This document shows, one piece after another, positions 1 through 12,115 of a DNA stretch of 64,000 nucleotides (position 1 is its first letter; the number at the start of each line of letters is the position of its first letter). Below the pieces are notes generated by a model. The model saw only the letters and a list, made by a program, of their open reading frames with translations, made no database searches and had not been told where the DNA came from. The position numbers and the translations under genes were made by a program. Source of the DNA: Carcharhinus longimanus (taxonomy: Eukaryota). The stretch is taken from contig JASCQW010000137.1 in NCBI GenBank assembly GCA_030264375.1, positions 30,151,465 to 30,215,464 of the forward strand. Reading direction: 5' to 3'.

Positions 1-196
1 ATAACTGAAGCATAACCTCCTACTTTTGCACTGAGCTATCCTAGTGATAAACAACATCCTATTTGTTTTCCGTACTGGCATGCTAACTTCTTGCCATTCA
101 TGCATGAGGATACCCTTTATATCTCAGAGCTCTGCATTCTTTCAGTATTTAGACGCTATGCTTCTTTTTTATTCTATCTTCCAAAATACCTTCTGT

Positions 197-480
197 GGGG
201 GCAGCACGGTGGTACAGTGGTTTGCACTCCTTCCTCACAGCGCGAGAGACCCAGGTTCGATTCCTGGCTTGGGTTATTGTCTGTGCAGAGTTTGCATGTT
301 CTCCCTGTGTCTGCATGAGTTTTCTTCTCCCACACTCCAAAATACATGTTGGTTAGATGCTAAATTCTCCCTCAGTGTCCCTGAACGAGCGCCAGAGTGA
401 GGCAACTAAGGGATTTTCACCGTAACTCCACTGCGTTTTTAAAGTAAGCCAACTTGTGACACTAATAAATAAAATTTAAA
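197..480 (+). mobile_element. HE1/V-type tRNA-derived SINE, tail type B
   Basis: A-box-like GGTGGTACAGTGG and B-box GGTTCGATTCC, V-domain text (GAGTTTGCATGTTCTCCC), tail GGATTTTCAC...CTTGTGACACTAATAAA shared with other copies in the window. Confidence 0.9.
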
Positions 481-879
481 ATGGACAACTTCACATTTTC
501 CTGCATTTTGTGCAATTTTCAAAGCTATATTTACTCTTTACTTACTCTTTGTAGCTCCTGATTTGACTTCATATTATACCTTGGTGTTTAGGTCCAACAC
601 CCTAACTCTTTATCCGAGTCATTTACATGAATGTCTCCTTTTCTTTCCCTACTTCATACTGGGATTTTCCTTTACTGCTCTCTCAATTAATGCTGGCGTG
701 ATTTTTCTTTGTCCATTCAAAACATTTCCCTTCATCCACTAATCTCATCACCCACCCAATCCAAGGACCGTCTGAGTTCATCCCATCTTTCTTCCAAAAT
801 GGTGCTCCCACCTTCTCCCCTTTCCAGTATCCTGCTGTTCATGGACTACTTCCTAGTCAAATTGCTCCTTCCAAAGTGT

Positions 880-1040
880 ATTCCATCACATTTCAGCATT
901 AAATTCTGTCTGCCACTTAACTACCCATTTGGCCATTCTGTCTATATCTCCTTGTAGCTCAAGACACTTCCCACTGTTAACCACCCTGGCAATCTTTGTG
1001 TCATCCGTAAACTTACTAATCTTAGCTCCCACATAGTCAT
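880..1040 (-). mobile_element. CR1 LINE reverse transcriptase fragment
   Basis: Translates ISKFTDDTKIARVVNSGKCLELQGDIDRMAKWVVKWQTEFN, a CR1 FADDTK / LQxDLDxLxxW motif. Confidence 0.85.
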
Positions 1041-1104
1041 CAATGTATTTTGGATGGGAATTCTCATGAGGACATACTGAATGTAGTGGAGTAACTTCCA
1101 TCAG

Positions 1105-1392
1105 GGTGGCACGGTGGCACTGTGGTGAGCACTGCTGCCTCACAATGCCAGAGACACAGGTTAGATTCCTGGCTTGGGTGACTCTCTGTGCAGAGTTTGC
1201 ACATTCTCCCCATTCCTGCGTGGGTTTCCTCCACAGCCTTGCGGGTTGATTGGCCATGGCAAATTGCTGACAGTATCAGTGGGATTAGCAGGATAAATAC
1301 ATGGGTTTAAGGAGATTGGGCCTGGGTGGGGTTATGTCAGTGCAAACCTGATGGGCTGAATGGCCTTCTCCTGTACTGTAGAGATTCTGTGA
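1105..1392 (+). mobile_element. HE1 SINE, CR1-type tail (type A), internally deleted
   Basis: tRNA head plus tail GGGCTGAATGGCCTTCTCCTGTACTGTAGAGATTCTGTGA. Confidence 0.88.
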
Positions 1393-3382
1393 TAACTTCA
1401 AATAGCAGCAGCATATGGCATGAGTGGTATACAGAGAGGAAGAGCTGATTTTTGTCCAGGGTTACAGACAATGAACTCCAATTTTTGTTTAGTAGTTTAA
1501 AACAGTTTACACCGAGTTGACGGCCCATTTTACGTCTTTATAGATTTTTATCCCCACAGGCTTCAATAGAAATAAATATCAGGGCAAATGTAAAGTGGTA
1601 ACTTCACCACTACCTATTTTACACTATTACACAAAGTCAGATCTACACCTCACTATCCAATCAGCTTTGGAAAGTTGGCCACTATTCATAGAAAATATAC
1701 TTGTGATTATGCTTTAGTCTCACTATGTCTGAATTCTTATATCTTAGTGTTTGTTTCATAAATTATTATAGAAATTACATGCTTGTTATATGAATATAAG
1801 ATGTTCCATAGTCCATTTCTCTATGCATTAATTCCACTGTTAAATAAAAACCACATAAAAGATATTAGAATATGCTCATGCACGATTACTCATTTAATGT
1901 AATTTCAAAAAATTCATGCATAGCTGAGCAGAACAAGAAAATACCAAATAAAGACAAAACATATTGGAAACATGCAGCAACTCAGGCAGTGTTTGTGGAG
2001 AAAGAAACAGAGCTGCTGCAGTGAATGTTCATTCCAGAATTCTGATCTCAGACTGATTTCTAGCTTGGGACCCTGGAGCTGACAATAGTATGACCATGGG
2101 TGGGATCTCGAGCCCACCATCCCCCTCCCTGAAACCTGGAAATGATGAATGTTGCCGGGGAGATTTACAATTTTCACTGCCCCCATGGGCAGTGTAATCA
2201 GGTTTGCGCCCATAATGGGCATGAACCTGATGTTAATACATTAATAGACATTTCCATTTAATTATACACTCCTCTTGCTGTGCATTGCCATGAGGGGTAT
2301 TTCCGAACATTGTCAACGTAACATCATGGCGGACAGGTTTACAACAGCTTATTCCAGATGTGAACCTGTTGTGAGGATCGCCCCGGGAGCGTAAAAGTGA
2401 GTATGAGACTCTGAGGAGAAGGACATGGCCAGGCTGCCCTGGACCTGTGGTCTCTGGTGCCATGTCAACCTGACAGTGCCAACCCATGTCAGGGGACAAT
2501 GCCTGACACTAGTGGGAGCTGCATGGATGGGGGCGGATATTTATTTGTGTTATTTGTGGTGGTGGTGGGAGTGGAGTGGATGTGGGAGCTGAGGCTGCTG
2601 ATGGTGTTCAAGGGTAAGGGGGGGTTGCTGGCGACAGGCAATGGCTGTTCAGTGGGGTGGGGGGAGAGGTGTCCGATGCCTGCAATGTTCGGCGGGGGAG
2701 GGAGGAAGTGCCAGCATTGATTCTTTGAGGTGGAGGGAATTCCAGCTCTGCCGGTGAGGGGAGGGTGGATAGTGGGGAGGTGGTGATGGGGATGGTTTGG
2801 ATCACAGGGGGATTGGTCCCTGAGAACTCTGTGGGTGTGATGCTGGGAGGTTATCTTTAAAAAGGCTGCCCCAATTTTGGTGCAGCTCATCTTTGCTTAA
2901 ACCCCATCCCTCAACATAACAGCATGAAACACGTTCCCTCTTGCTTTTGACAAAGTGTCCGGAGATCTGGAGTGAAAACTGGCCTGTTTCTCTGGAGAGA
3001 AGCACATCGGTTTTCGGTCAGACTCTGACAAAGATTCCACCCAATGGAAGAAACTTGTGAGGAAATAGCCAATTAAGTTATTGCTTCTGGGTGCCCCATC
3101 CAACTAAGGATGGACAAATAGACTCCAAAGATGAAAGAGGTGCCCTCTGAACACTTTTTAACTCTTAAAATTACTACAGGTGTGGCATTTTGCCAATCAC
3201 AGGTCTGGGGCTGGGTGTGTGGTTAAATTATAGGATGGATCACATGATCTTTGTTCCATTGTAATCAGGCCGCCTTCATCCCTCAGCCAGGTTCCAGCCT
3301 CAGTGAGGTGCCCACATACTGACTGGCAGAGCGGGCTTAATAGATTCTTAAGATTGCCTGATTGGTTACCTACTTGTGGGTG

Positions 3383-3660
3383 GGGCAGCATGATGGCACA
3401 GTGGTTAGCACTGCTGCCTCACAGTGCCAGGGACCCTGGTTCAATTCTGGCCTCGGGTCACTGTCTGTGTGGGTTTCCTCCCACAGTCTAAAGATGCGCA
3501 GGTTAGGTTGATTGGCCATACGAAATTGCCCCTTATTGTCAGGGGGATTAGCTAGGGTAAATATCTGGGTTGACGGGACCTGGGTGGAATTGTTGGTGCA
3601 GGCTTGATGGGCCGAATTGCCTTCTTCAGCACTGTAGGGTTTCTACGATTTCCATGATCA
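3383..3660 (+). mobile_element. HE1 SINE type A
   Basis: TGGCACAGTGGTTAGCACTGCTGCCTCACAG head, B box GGTTCAATTC, CR1-like tail. Confidence 0.9.
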
Positions 3661-3964
3661 GAAAATACAGAATAGGAGCTGCTCCTTCATTAGGGCTTCC
3701 CTCTCCATTAAATAAGATTATTGTTGATCTACTCACACCTACTTTCCTGTTATTTCCCTGAAAATTCACAAATCTATCAATTGCCTTCAAGAAACCAAAC
3801 GACTGTATAGCTACTGCTTTCTTCAGCACAGAGACTGCATTAAAGTGAATGTATCTTTGGAGCGNNNNNNNNNNNNNNNNNNNNNNNNNNNNNNNNNNNN
3901 NNNNNNNNNNNNNNNNNNNNNNNNNNNNNNNNNNNNNNNNNNNNNNNNNNNNNNNNNNNNNNNN

Positions 3965-4285
3965 TGGCACAGTGGTTAGCACTGATGCCTCACAGTGCCA
4001 AGGACCCAGGTTTAATTCCGGCCTCGGGTCACTGTTGTGTGGAGTTTACACGTTCTCCCCATGTCTGCATGAGTTTCCTCCAGGTGCTCCGGTTTCCTCT
4101 TGCAGTCCAAAGATGTGCACGTTAGGTGAATTGGCCATGCTAAATTGACCCTAGTGTCAGAGGGATTAGCAGAGTAAATATGTGGGGTTGTGGGAATAGG
4201 GCTTGGATGGGATTGTGGTTGGTGCAGAATCAATGGGCCGAATGGCCTTCTTTTGCACAATAGGGTATTGTATTATTCTATGATT
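3965..4285 (+). mobile_element. HE1 SINE type A (5' end at assembly gap)
   Basis: Same head, V domain and tail as other copies. Confidence 0.9.
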
Positions 4286-4879
4286 AATCATTAGAAACAT
4301 TTGTAGGTTCTGAATACAAAAGATATTTTAGTGTGCCCTATGAAGTTCTGTCTCCTGAATCAAACAGAACTGCAATGCTTTAACAGGCATTGACCTATCA
4401 ATGATGTAAGGTCATTGTTTCAAGAAATCCTTTTGCATCTTTAGCCCTCTTCATCTTTTGCACATACTCGTGACAACTGGTTCGCTCTCTAGATAATTGT
4501 TTTCTTCTTTATCTGATTGTGTTGAACTTGAGAGTCTTAGATGTCAATTTGAAAATGTTGTCCTGAATAAGATAACAGTCTTACTACCCTCATCACCAAG
4601 TCATTCTGACAGTAGCAGAGTTCCCATGAAGGAGTCATGGTTGGCTGTTTTATTGATGAGAGGCTTGGGGGTGAAAAGTAGTACCTGGGGAGAAAGAAAC
4701 ATTTATAACCTCAGCGAGTCTGGGGGCCAGGAAAGGAAGGTGGGTGGTCAGCTGTTTCATGTGAGTGGGGTCAAGAGAGCAAAAGGTGGGTCTCATAACA
4801 AGATGAACTCAGAGAAGGCACTTCAGGCAGGTAGGAGTAAGATGCGAGAAAGATATTGGTTCAGGAAAGGAGCAAGGAT

Positions 4880-6048
4880 CAAGCCTTTAGAGAAGCTTAA
4901 ATGTGCTTGTACAGGTGCGCAGAAAGTTAGTACTCAAGTGCAGCATGCAATTAGGAAAGCAAATAGCAAGTTGGTCTAAATTGCATTGGGGTAGAAGTCC
5001 GAAAATGAAGAAAGCTAGCTACAGTTGTGTAGGATTTTGGTGAGACCACATCTGAAATATTGGCTAAAATCTTCTGTTCCCATTCACAGCTAGGATTTTC
5101 CAGTGCCGCTGAAAGTTTATGGAATTTTGGGTGGAACTCCAAAGTTTCCATTCTTGCTCGCAACGGGTCCCACCACAGACTGGATTGTGTGCTGTTTTGG
5201 TCTCCATATTTAAGAAAGGATATACTTGCATTGGAGGCAGTACAGAGAAGGTTCACTAATTGTTGCTGGGGTGAGGAGATTGTTCTATGATAAGAAGCTG
5301 AGAAAATTCAGCCTATATTCTCAGAGGTTTAGAAGAATGAAAGACAATCTCATAGAAGTGTACAAAATGCTGAAGGAGTTTGCTAAGCCAGATGCTGAGA
5401 TTGTTTTCTATCGGTCAGAGAATCTAAAACAGCAGCATAGACTCAGGATGAGGGGATGGATCATTTTGGACTGAGATGAAGAGAAATTTGTTCACAAGGT
5501 TGCGAATCATAGAATCATACAGTGCAGAAGGAGGCCATTTGGCCCATTGAGTCTGCACCGACCACAATCCCACCCAGGCCCTATCCCCGTAACTCCACAT
5601 AGTTACCCTTGCTGCTCCCACTGACGCTAATTTAGCATGGTCAATTAATCTCACCCACACATTATTGGACTGTGGGACGAAACCAATGCAGACACGGGGA
5701 GAATGCGCAAACTCCACATAGACAGTGACCCGAGGTTGGAATTGAACCCAGATCCTTGGCACCGTGAGGCAGCAGTGTTAAGCATTGTACTACCATGCCA
5801 CACTTTGTGCCACCGTGCTGCCCTCTTTGGAACTTACTGCTCCAGAGGGTTATTGTGGATGCTTCATTATTGAATTTATTTAAGGCTAGAATACAGATTT
5901 TTTGTCTCTCAGGAAATTATGCAATGTGGGGAGTGAGAGAGGAAATAGCATTGAAGCTTAAAATCACTCATGATCATATTGAATGGCAGCGTAGTTTCAA
6001 TGGGCCACATTCTCTACTCCTGCTCCTACTTCTTATGCTCTTATGTTA
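4880..6048 (+). mobile_element. CR1 LINE 3' part, interrupted by a MITE-like insert (~5060-5175) and a SINE
   Basis: Translates VLFWSPYLRKDILALEAVQRRFT and RRMKDNLIEVYKML; tail CTCCTGCTCCTACTTCTTATGCTCTTATG. Confidence 0.88.
5505..5823 (-). mobile_element. HE1 SINE type A nested in CR1
   Basis: Reverse complement of the SINE consensus, begins ATCATAGAATCATACAGTGCAGAAGGAGGCC. Confidence 0.9.
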
Positions 6049-6324
6049 AGCTTGCTTGGTGAGCTAGAGTGAAGAAGTCATCCGGTAAAGGCATCTGAAT
6101 GGATGGTCACAACTTTAATGGCAAAAACATCAATGAATTCTTTGTTCTTGTTGGAAAGTAAGAGTTGAGAAAGACGGGGCACAAGGATTTGAAGAAACAA
6201 CTGATAGTGAAGGAAAAATGGCAGATATTATGTTGGTATTCCAGGATGTACCTGGAGTAGTGCATCGCTTCAGCAGAGGAGAACAGGATCCAGTAGTCTT
6301 CCACCACAAACATTTAATTTAATG

Positions 6325-6597
6325 TCATAGAATCCCTACAGTGCCATCGGCTCATCAAGACTGCATCGATCACAATCCCATACAGACCCTATTCCTGTGA
6401 CTCCATTTGTTTACCCTATTAATCCCCCGATATTAAAGTAAATTTAGCGTGGCCAATCAACCTAAACTGCACATCTTTGGGTTGTGAGAGGAAACCAGAG
6501 CACCCGGAGGAAACCCACAAAGACACGGGGAGAATGCGCAAACTCCACACAGACAGTGACCCAAGGGTGGAATTGAGCCTGGGTCCCTGGCACTGTC
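6325..6597 (-). mobile_element. HE1 SINE type A, 5'-truncated
   Basis: Reverse complement of SINE V domain and tail. Confidence 0.85.
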
Positions 6598-9178
6598 AGT
6601 GTCTATCGAACCTGAATGATGGTCAAGTTATTCTAAGTCATGGCCAGCATGTCAGAGAGTTGGAATGTTACTGGGATAGAAAGCATCAAAGGCAGTGGTG
6701 AGGATCTGAATTAAGAGAACAATCATGATAGGAATATGGTAAATGGCAAGCCAAAGGCTATACAGGTAGGAATTTGAAAGTGTCACAGTAAGTCAGTTGC
6801 ATGAGTGTCTTTTCCAAGGGAATTCATGGAAGGACATGGGGTTAAAAGGTTGATGTGAGTGATGAGGGAGATAAGGATATTATCAGAGATGGCCTTCTCT
6901 GTGATTGGGGAGATGGGAATAGAGAGCTTTCCAACTATTTAGTCTGCTCCACAGAACTACTGGCAGTAGCTTGGCTGTAAGCCCAAGTGAAAATTTAACA
7001 TTGCCTCTGCCCATGGGAGACAGTCCAGTCAGACATTTGTCTTTAATTTTTGTGTGCTGTAACAGCAAGATCCAAGCTAGTTCACCTCCCCCATCCAGCT
7101 TGTCACATCATATGATGCTGCTGGGAGTTGGTGAGTAAGCTTTTGTCAATTTGAGTACAACAGACCCAGACACAGAAACCACCAGCGCTGAAGCGTTCTT
7201 GCAACCAGAGGTCCAAACTTATTTTTTTCCTTCTGAGTTTGTTACAATTGCTATGATGTTACACATTAGAAATTACAGTAAAATAAAATTTTGCATTCCA
7301 AAGAAAATTCATCTAACTCGCATTTGAATGGGTGACACTTTTCCAGTGTCGAAGCAAGTCTGTGTCCCATACCTTCAAGTTGGCACATAAACTGACTCAC
7401 CATATTAAAAGTGATGAGGTGAAAACATTAAGCTTTAATGCAATCACAAAGTCAAGCTGGACAATATGTAATATATAATGGTCACCCCCATGTGGGAACT
7501 GGACTCTCGCCCATCAGAGGGCAACAACCTTTAATGGCACAATCTTGTTTTCGCCCTCTTTTCATCAAATTTCTTTCTTCTATTAACCAACAATGCCAAA
7601 AGAATAGACAATGACCAAATTGAGTGTAGTCTCATCAAAATAGGTGCCCAAAGATAGCAGCATCATAAACCTAAGAAACACAAAAATGTCTTTGCAAAAG
7701 TCAATCCAAACACACAACGATTGCAATGAACAGTATGTATGCTGAGCATAAAATCACATTTCATAGGGGTGGACTACCATCCATCCACAGGAGTTTATTC
7801 TGCCCCAAAATATTCACATTATCTCTGAAGTACAAAATCTGCCAGATTTTTAGGAGGTGTCTCTGTCGAGTAGAGTTCCTCAAAGCAGGCGTTGAGGGAA
7901 CAGGGCTAGTAGTTGGCTGGCTAGGTGTGCTAAAAGCCTTATAGAATCAGAAGCCTAAAGACCAGGTCAGATGGCTACATCATATTGGAGGCCTGCACTG
8001 GAGACTGCAAGAATGGATTCAGTCCTTGTAGGGAATAAGGGGCCTGTGCTGGGGACTGCAACTTAGGTCTGGGTGATAAAATCTGTGGCTCAGGATCAGA
8101 CCTTGGCATCTCTGAATTGCAGGGACAGCTCAGGGATCTGTTCCAAAGTCAGTGATCGAGACAAGACTGAGGAAACCATCTAAGATTGTGCAACCTGCAT
8201 ACTTAAAGGAATCTGCATAAGGGAATCTGCATATGATTGAGTCAATATCTGGTATGAGTGGCCGGCATCAGTGAATGCTGTGATAGGTCAAAAAGTTCCA
8301 TTTGGTTTCTTCATGTAAAATGATGGGCTAAGTTACTCCAAAGCCACATCCACATCTTCAGGTTGAGCAAAGACTCTGTGGCCTACAAGGTCATTGATTC
8401 AAATTTATCTCTGACATACTTGGGAAGGTGACCTTCGCATTGTGGGGGTGTTCAGGCCCAATGTTAACAACAGCTTTGAACACAATCTTCAAGCATCTGG
8501 CTATTTGAACGATGATTGACATACTTCCATAGCTATGAAACTCAAGTGGGGGCTGGGGGGAGGGGGGGTGTAGGGAGAGGTGTGGGGATGCGATCTTACC
8601 AACATTTGGCAATGTCTCAATTTCAGGGACAAAAATGGAGTGAATTCTGCCAACAGCTCCAGCAGGATTTCTTACCATGCCATGCTCATGGCAACCTCCC
8701 TCTGATTCATCTGCCTCACCTCAATTTAACCAGCGGGGAGCTGCATATAAACAGCTCCCAACACTCCCTCACACTTGCTCCACATTTATAGCATGGGATG
8801 GCAGCCAGAAAGACCGCTCTTCGTTTCTCGAGTGGAGCACTGACCAGACTGCTGGATGGAGTGCAAAAGAGGCAGGATGCACTCTACCCCCACTTCAAGG
8901 TGTCTTTCCACCAAAGTCACCACCCCCACCTAGGATACAATGGCAGCCTTGGTGAGTGCAAGCTCATTGCAAAAGAGGAGGGGGCAGCAGTGCCGCAAGA
9001 AGATGAATGATCTTCTGCCTCAGCCAGGGTAAGTGAACCTCATACAGCCTTTTTTTGGACCCTCTCGCACATCCTTCGCACCTAAACATTTGTCCCTCAC
9101 CGAACATTTTGGCCTTTGCCAACACCTGAAAGGAGGCTCTCCTCTCCCCTCCCTCAATTAACATGTTTCCTTCTACTC

Positions 9179-9480
9179 AGTGGCACAGTGGTTAGCACAA
9201 CTGCCTCACAGCACCAGGGACCTGGGTTCGATTCCCAACTTGGATCACTGTCTATATGAAGTTTGTACGTTCTCTCCATGTCTGGATGGGTTTACTCCGG
9301 GTGCTCCGGTTTCCTCTCACGATCTAAAAGACGTGCTGGTTAGGTGCATTGGCCGTGCAAAATTCCCTCTCAGTGTACTTGGACAGGTGCTGGAGTGTGG
9401 CAACTAGAGGATTTTCACAGCAACTTCATTGCATTGTTAAGGTGAGCCTACCTGTGATAAATAAATAAACTTTAACCTTT
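9179..9480 (+). mobile_element. HE1-type SINE tail B, inside intron 1 of the Harbinger Myb remnant
   Basis: A/B boxes and GGATTTTCACAG...TAAATAAAC tail. Confidence 0.9.
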
Positions 9481-9587
9481 TACGAGCTGCCATGCTCGCT
9501 ACAGTCCAGTTTCCCTCTCAAGCCCCACACCTGCCACACATCATCACCATCTTTATTGTCAACACTACTGCCTACCTGTAAAGACTT

Positions 9588-9710
9588 GCACTCCAACCAT
9601 TATCCTGTAAATTGGGTTTGTGTCTTTATATGCCCTGTTTGTGAACATAAGTCCTCACTCACCAAAAAAACCCGTTGGACTTTAACCTGGTGTTGTGAGA
9701 CTTCTTACTA
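9588..9710 (+). mobile_element. Penelope pseudo-LTR fragment (hammerhead core deleted)
   Basis: Matches 26940-27099 except that the CTGATGA...GAAA segment is missing. Confidence 0.8.
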
Positions 9711-11091
9711 GACTCTCCCTATCAGTGTCATTTTAGGACAAACTCAACCTCTACAAGCGTGAGCAAGCACACCAAGCCAGAGTAATGCCGGGGCTCAGAA
9801 TCATTTGAGGAGAGAGTACTCGAGTCGGCCGGGGAGCTGCAAGAGTGTGCCTGCTGGTGAATTGAGGGCAACAGACAAATGTGAGAATCCTCAAGAGACA
9901 CTGTCATTCTCTAAGTCTCAAATAAGTAATCAACGTTGCCTCTTTTACCCCCTGTGACGCATTAAAAACAAGTATAGAAAGATCACCCTGAATTTTGATT
10001 CATGAAAAGAAATCCCTGTTTCCTCTAAATTAAACACAAGTATAACAAGTGCTACTCAGGGAATCAGATCTGAGTTCCAATCAGTTCTTCTTACAAAAAG
10101 AAACAAAGTTTTAATATGAAATATGCTCATGTCTAGAACTCATTCAGTAATCAAGCTTCAGTTCCAGTTTGCAGGGGAAACAAGGACAGGGCGTACATTG
10201 GTTTGATATTGTGGCAGATCGAGGGAGACCACACCAGGGAAATGTTTCTGTGAAGAGGGCACCATGTCAACAATGTTTTTTTCAGTTGCTCTCCTCGCAC
10301 ATCCGTATCTTCTTTCTGAAGTAAAGTGGGCTTCTTCTTCCTGTGCTCCTCTTAGACCGAAATTTAACTGGAGTTGGTTAACAGGCTCCAAAACATTTCT
10401 GATGAGCTGTTTTATTTTTAAATTGGAAACATAGGATCATTTCTGGCAGAAATGATTGATAAGCGCTTGTATAATTCAGAGGGAGCCTTGATTATCTGTC
10501 AATTTCAACTCTGCCCCACTGTTTCCTTTGTTTTGACAGACAATCAAGACACCCAGTGTATTTCTGTTTGGTTTCCTCTGACAGCAGGAGTATTGACGCA
10601 GCAGTGAACCTATGTCGGTGGCTTTTCTGAGAATACTTTTTATTAAGTTCACTGTTTTTCTCAAACTTGCGGATTCTATTTCCTTGACTGCTGTGATGAA
10701 TGTTGAAGTGCTTGGTTAATTTAGAGAGAAGTGGTGAAGCATAATTTTATTTGACTCGGGATAAGATGATCCAGTCAAGTGTCATTCGAGAGCCATTAAA
10801 ATGCAACGGTGAACTAGACCAGAGGCGTTTATTTTTTGGTAACATTCTCGGATCATGATTCTGAATCCATAAATAAATAAAGTGTCGGCAAAAATCATTG
10901 AACAGATCCTAATCATAAATTCAAAAAAAGCATGCACTGTTCCCCTTTATGGGCAATTGGTTCTTGGCCAAGCCATTACATCGGGGTATGAATTTGCCTC
11001 TATATTGGAGTAAGGTAGCACTACAGATAGGTAATGAAATTATGACATTTTGCTCAAAAATATAATCCTAATATTTACTATTTGTACGTTT

Positions 11092-11881
11092 GCAACTATT
11101 CATAACAAGAGCTAATCTGCAATTTCTAACTGATTGGAGAGATTATCCTCTCTATGCTGTCTTCTGCAAATACTCAGGCCACCTATTTCTATAGAGGACA
11201 GCTGAAAATATACCATTACTGTATAGCTGCTTGAAAAATCAATACAGAATGATCACAGAAATGCTAAAGCTTTGCTTCTATTCAAATTACTATATCTTTA
11301 CAGTCATAAATCACAAATTAATGTGTGCTGGCCTTCTGAATTTACTTAATTTGGAAAAAAAAGAGTCGATCAGGCTGATTAGATCAGACTGGAATTTGCT
11401 CTGTGCATTCTTTCACATCCAGTGCTGTATCATGCTCTGGCCCCCCCCTAGAATCTGCCTCTATCTTTGCCAAGCCATCTATAATCCCTCCAAGCTCGTT
11501 GTTCCCTTTCCAATTTCCTGGCAACCATTTCAAAAAAATATTACTTGCTGATATGCTTACCAGGGCGAAAATTTTCTTTATCAAAAGCGTCCTCAATTTG
11601 TTCATGATTTTTACGACTCTTCCACATTCGAAAGATGTGCCTCTGGAGATAAGGGCCTGCAAGGAGATAGCGTTCCCCATCCACAGGAGGAAGGAGTAGA
11701 CATGGTCAACCATGTCAGCAACAACAGATTGAGCGCCACAAGAATTATATTCAAGAGGGATGTAGGATTGTACCACATGGATGGTAAAACAACAATAGGA
11801 TTTTACTGCTAAAATATAATTCTAATAATTGTATACACGGCAACTATTCATAACAAGAGCTGATCTGCAATTTCTAACTGA
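11092..11881. repeat. 42-bp direct repeat pair (11092-11133 and 11840-11881)
   Basis: GCAACTATTCATAACAAGAGCT(A/G)ATCTGCAATTTCTAACTGA, one mismatch; adjacent AAAATATAAT(C/T)CTAATA also shared. Confidence 0.95.
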
Positions 11882-12115
11882 GGGTAGAGAGAGGGGAAGG
11901 AAATGTGAGTGATGTGGTACTCCTTCGCTGTGCCTTCTCAAACCTTCTCCTGCAAATTGTTCCTCCGGTCAACACTCCCTGGCAGGGTACCGATCCATTC
12001 CGCTCTGTCATGGTACCTCCTGCCTTTTCCATACAAGCACTAATCACTGACATAATTTGCATTATGGCAATGGCGTACCCATCCAACACAATTACCCTCT
12101 ACTAACGCTCCCCTT

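Larger units (their letters stand above)
4390..7200 (-). mobile_element. Old L2-like LINE remnant, fragmented by younger insertions
   Basis: Purine-rich plus-strand segments (4390-4870, 6050-6310, 6620-7200) typical of antisense L2 ORF2; no intact ORF. Confidence 0.45.
8798..9880 (+). pseudogene. Decayed PIF/Harbinger Myb/SANT-like DNA-binding gene, exons 1-2
   Basis: Exon 1 MAARKTALRFSSGALTRLLDGVQKRQDALYP, frameshift, then KRRGQQCRKKMNDL and donor AGG|GTAAGT (~9029). Exon 2 after TTTTAG (9736) DKLNLYKREQ...FEERVLESAG, donor GTGAGA (9881). CATATAAA about 50 bp upstream of the ATG. Confidence 0.72.

Noticed and set aside
4497-4979. 160-aa ORF (and the 183-aa ORF at 55725-56276)
   Set aside because: Chance read-through of decayed LINE sequence
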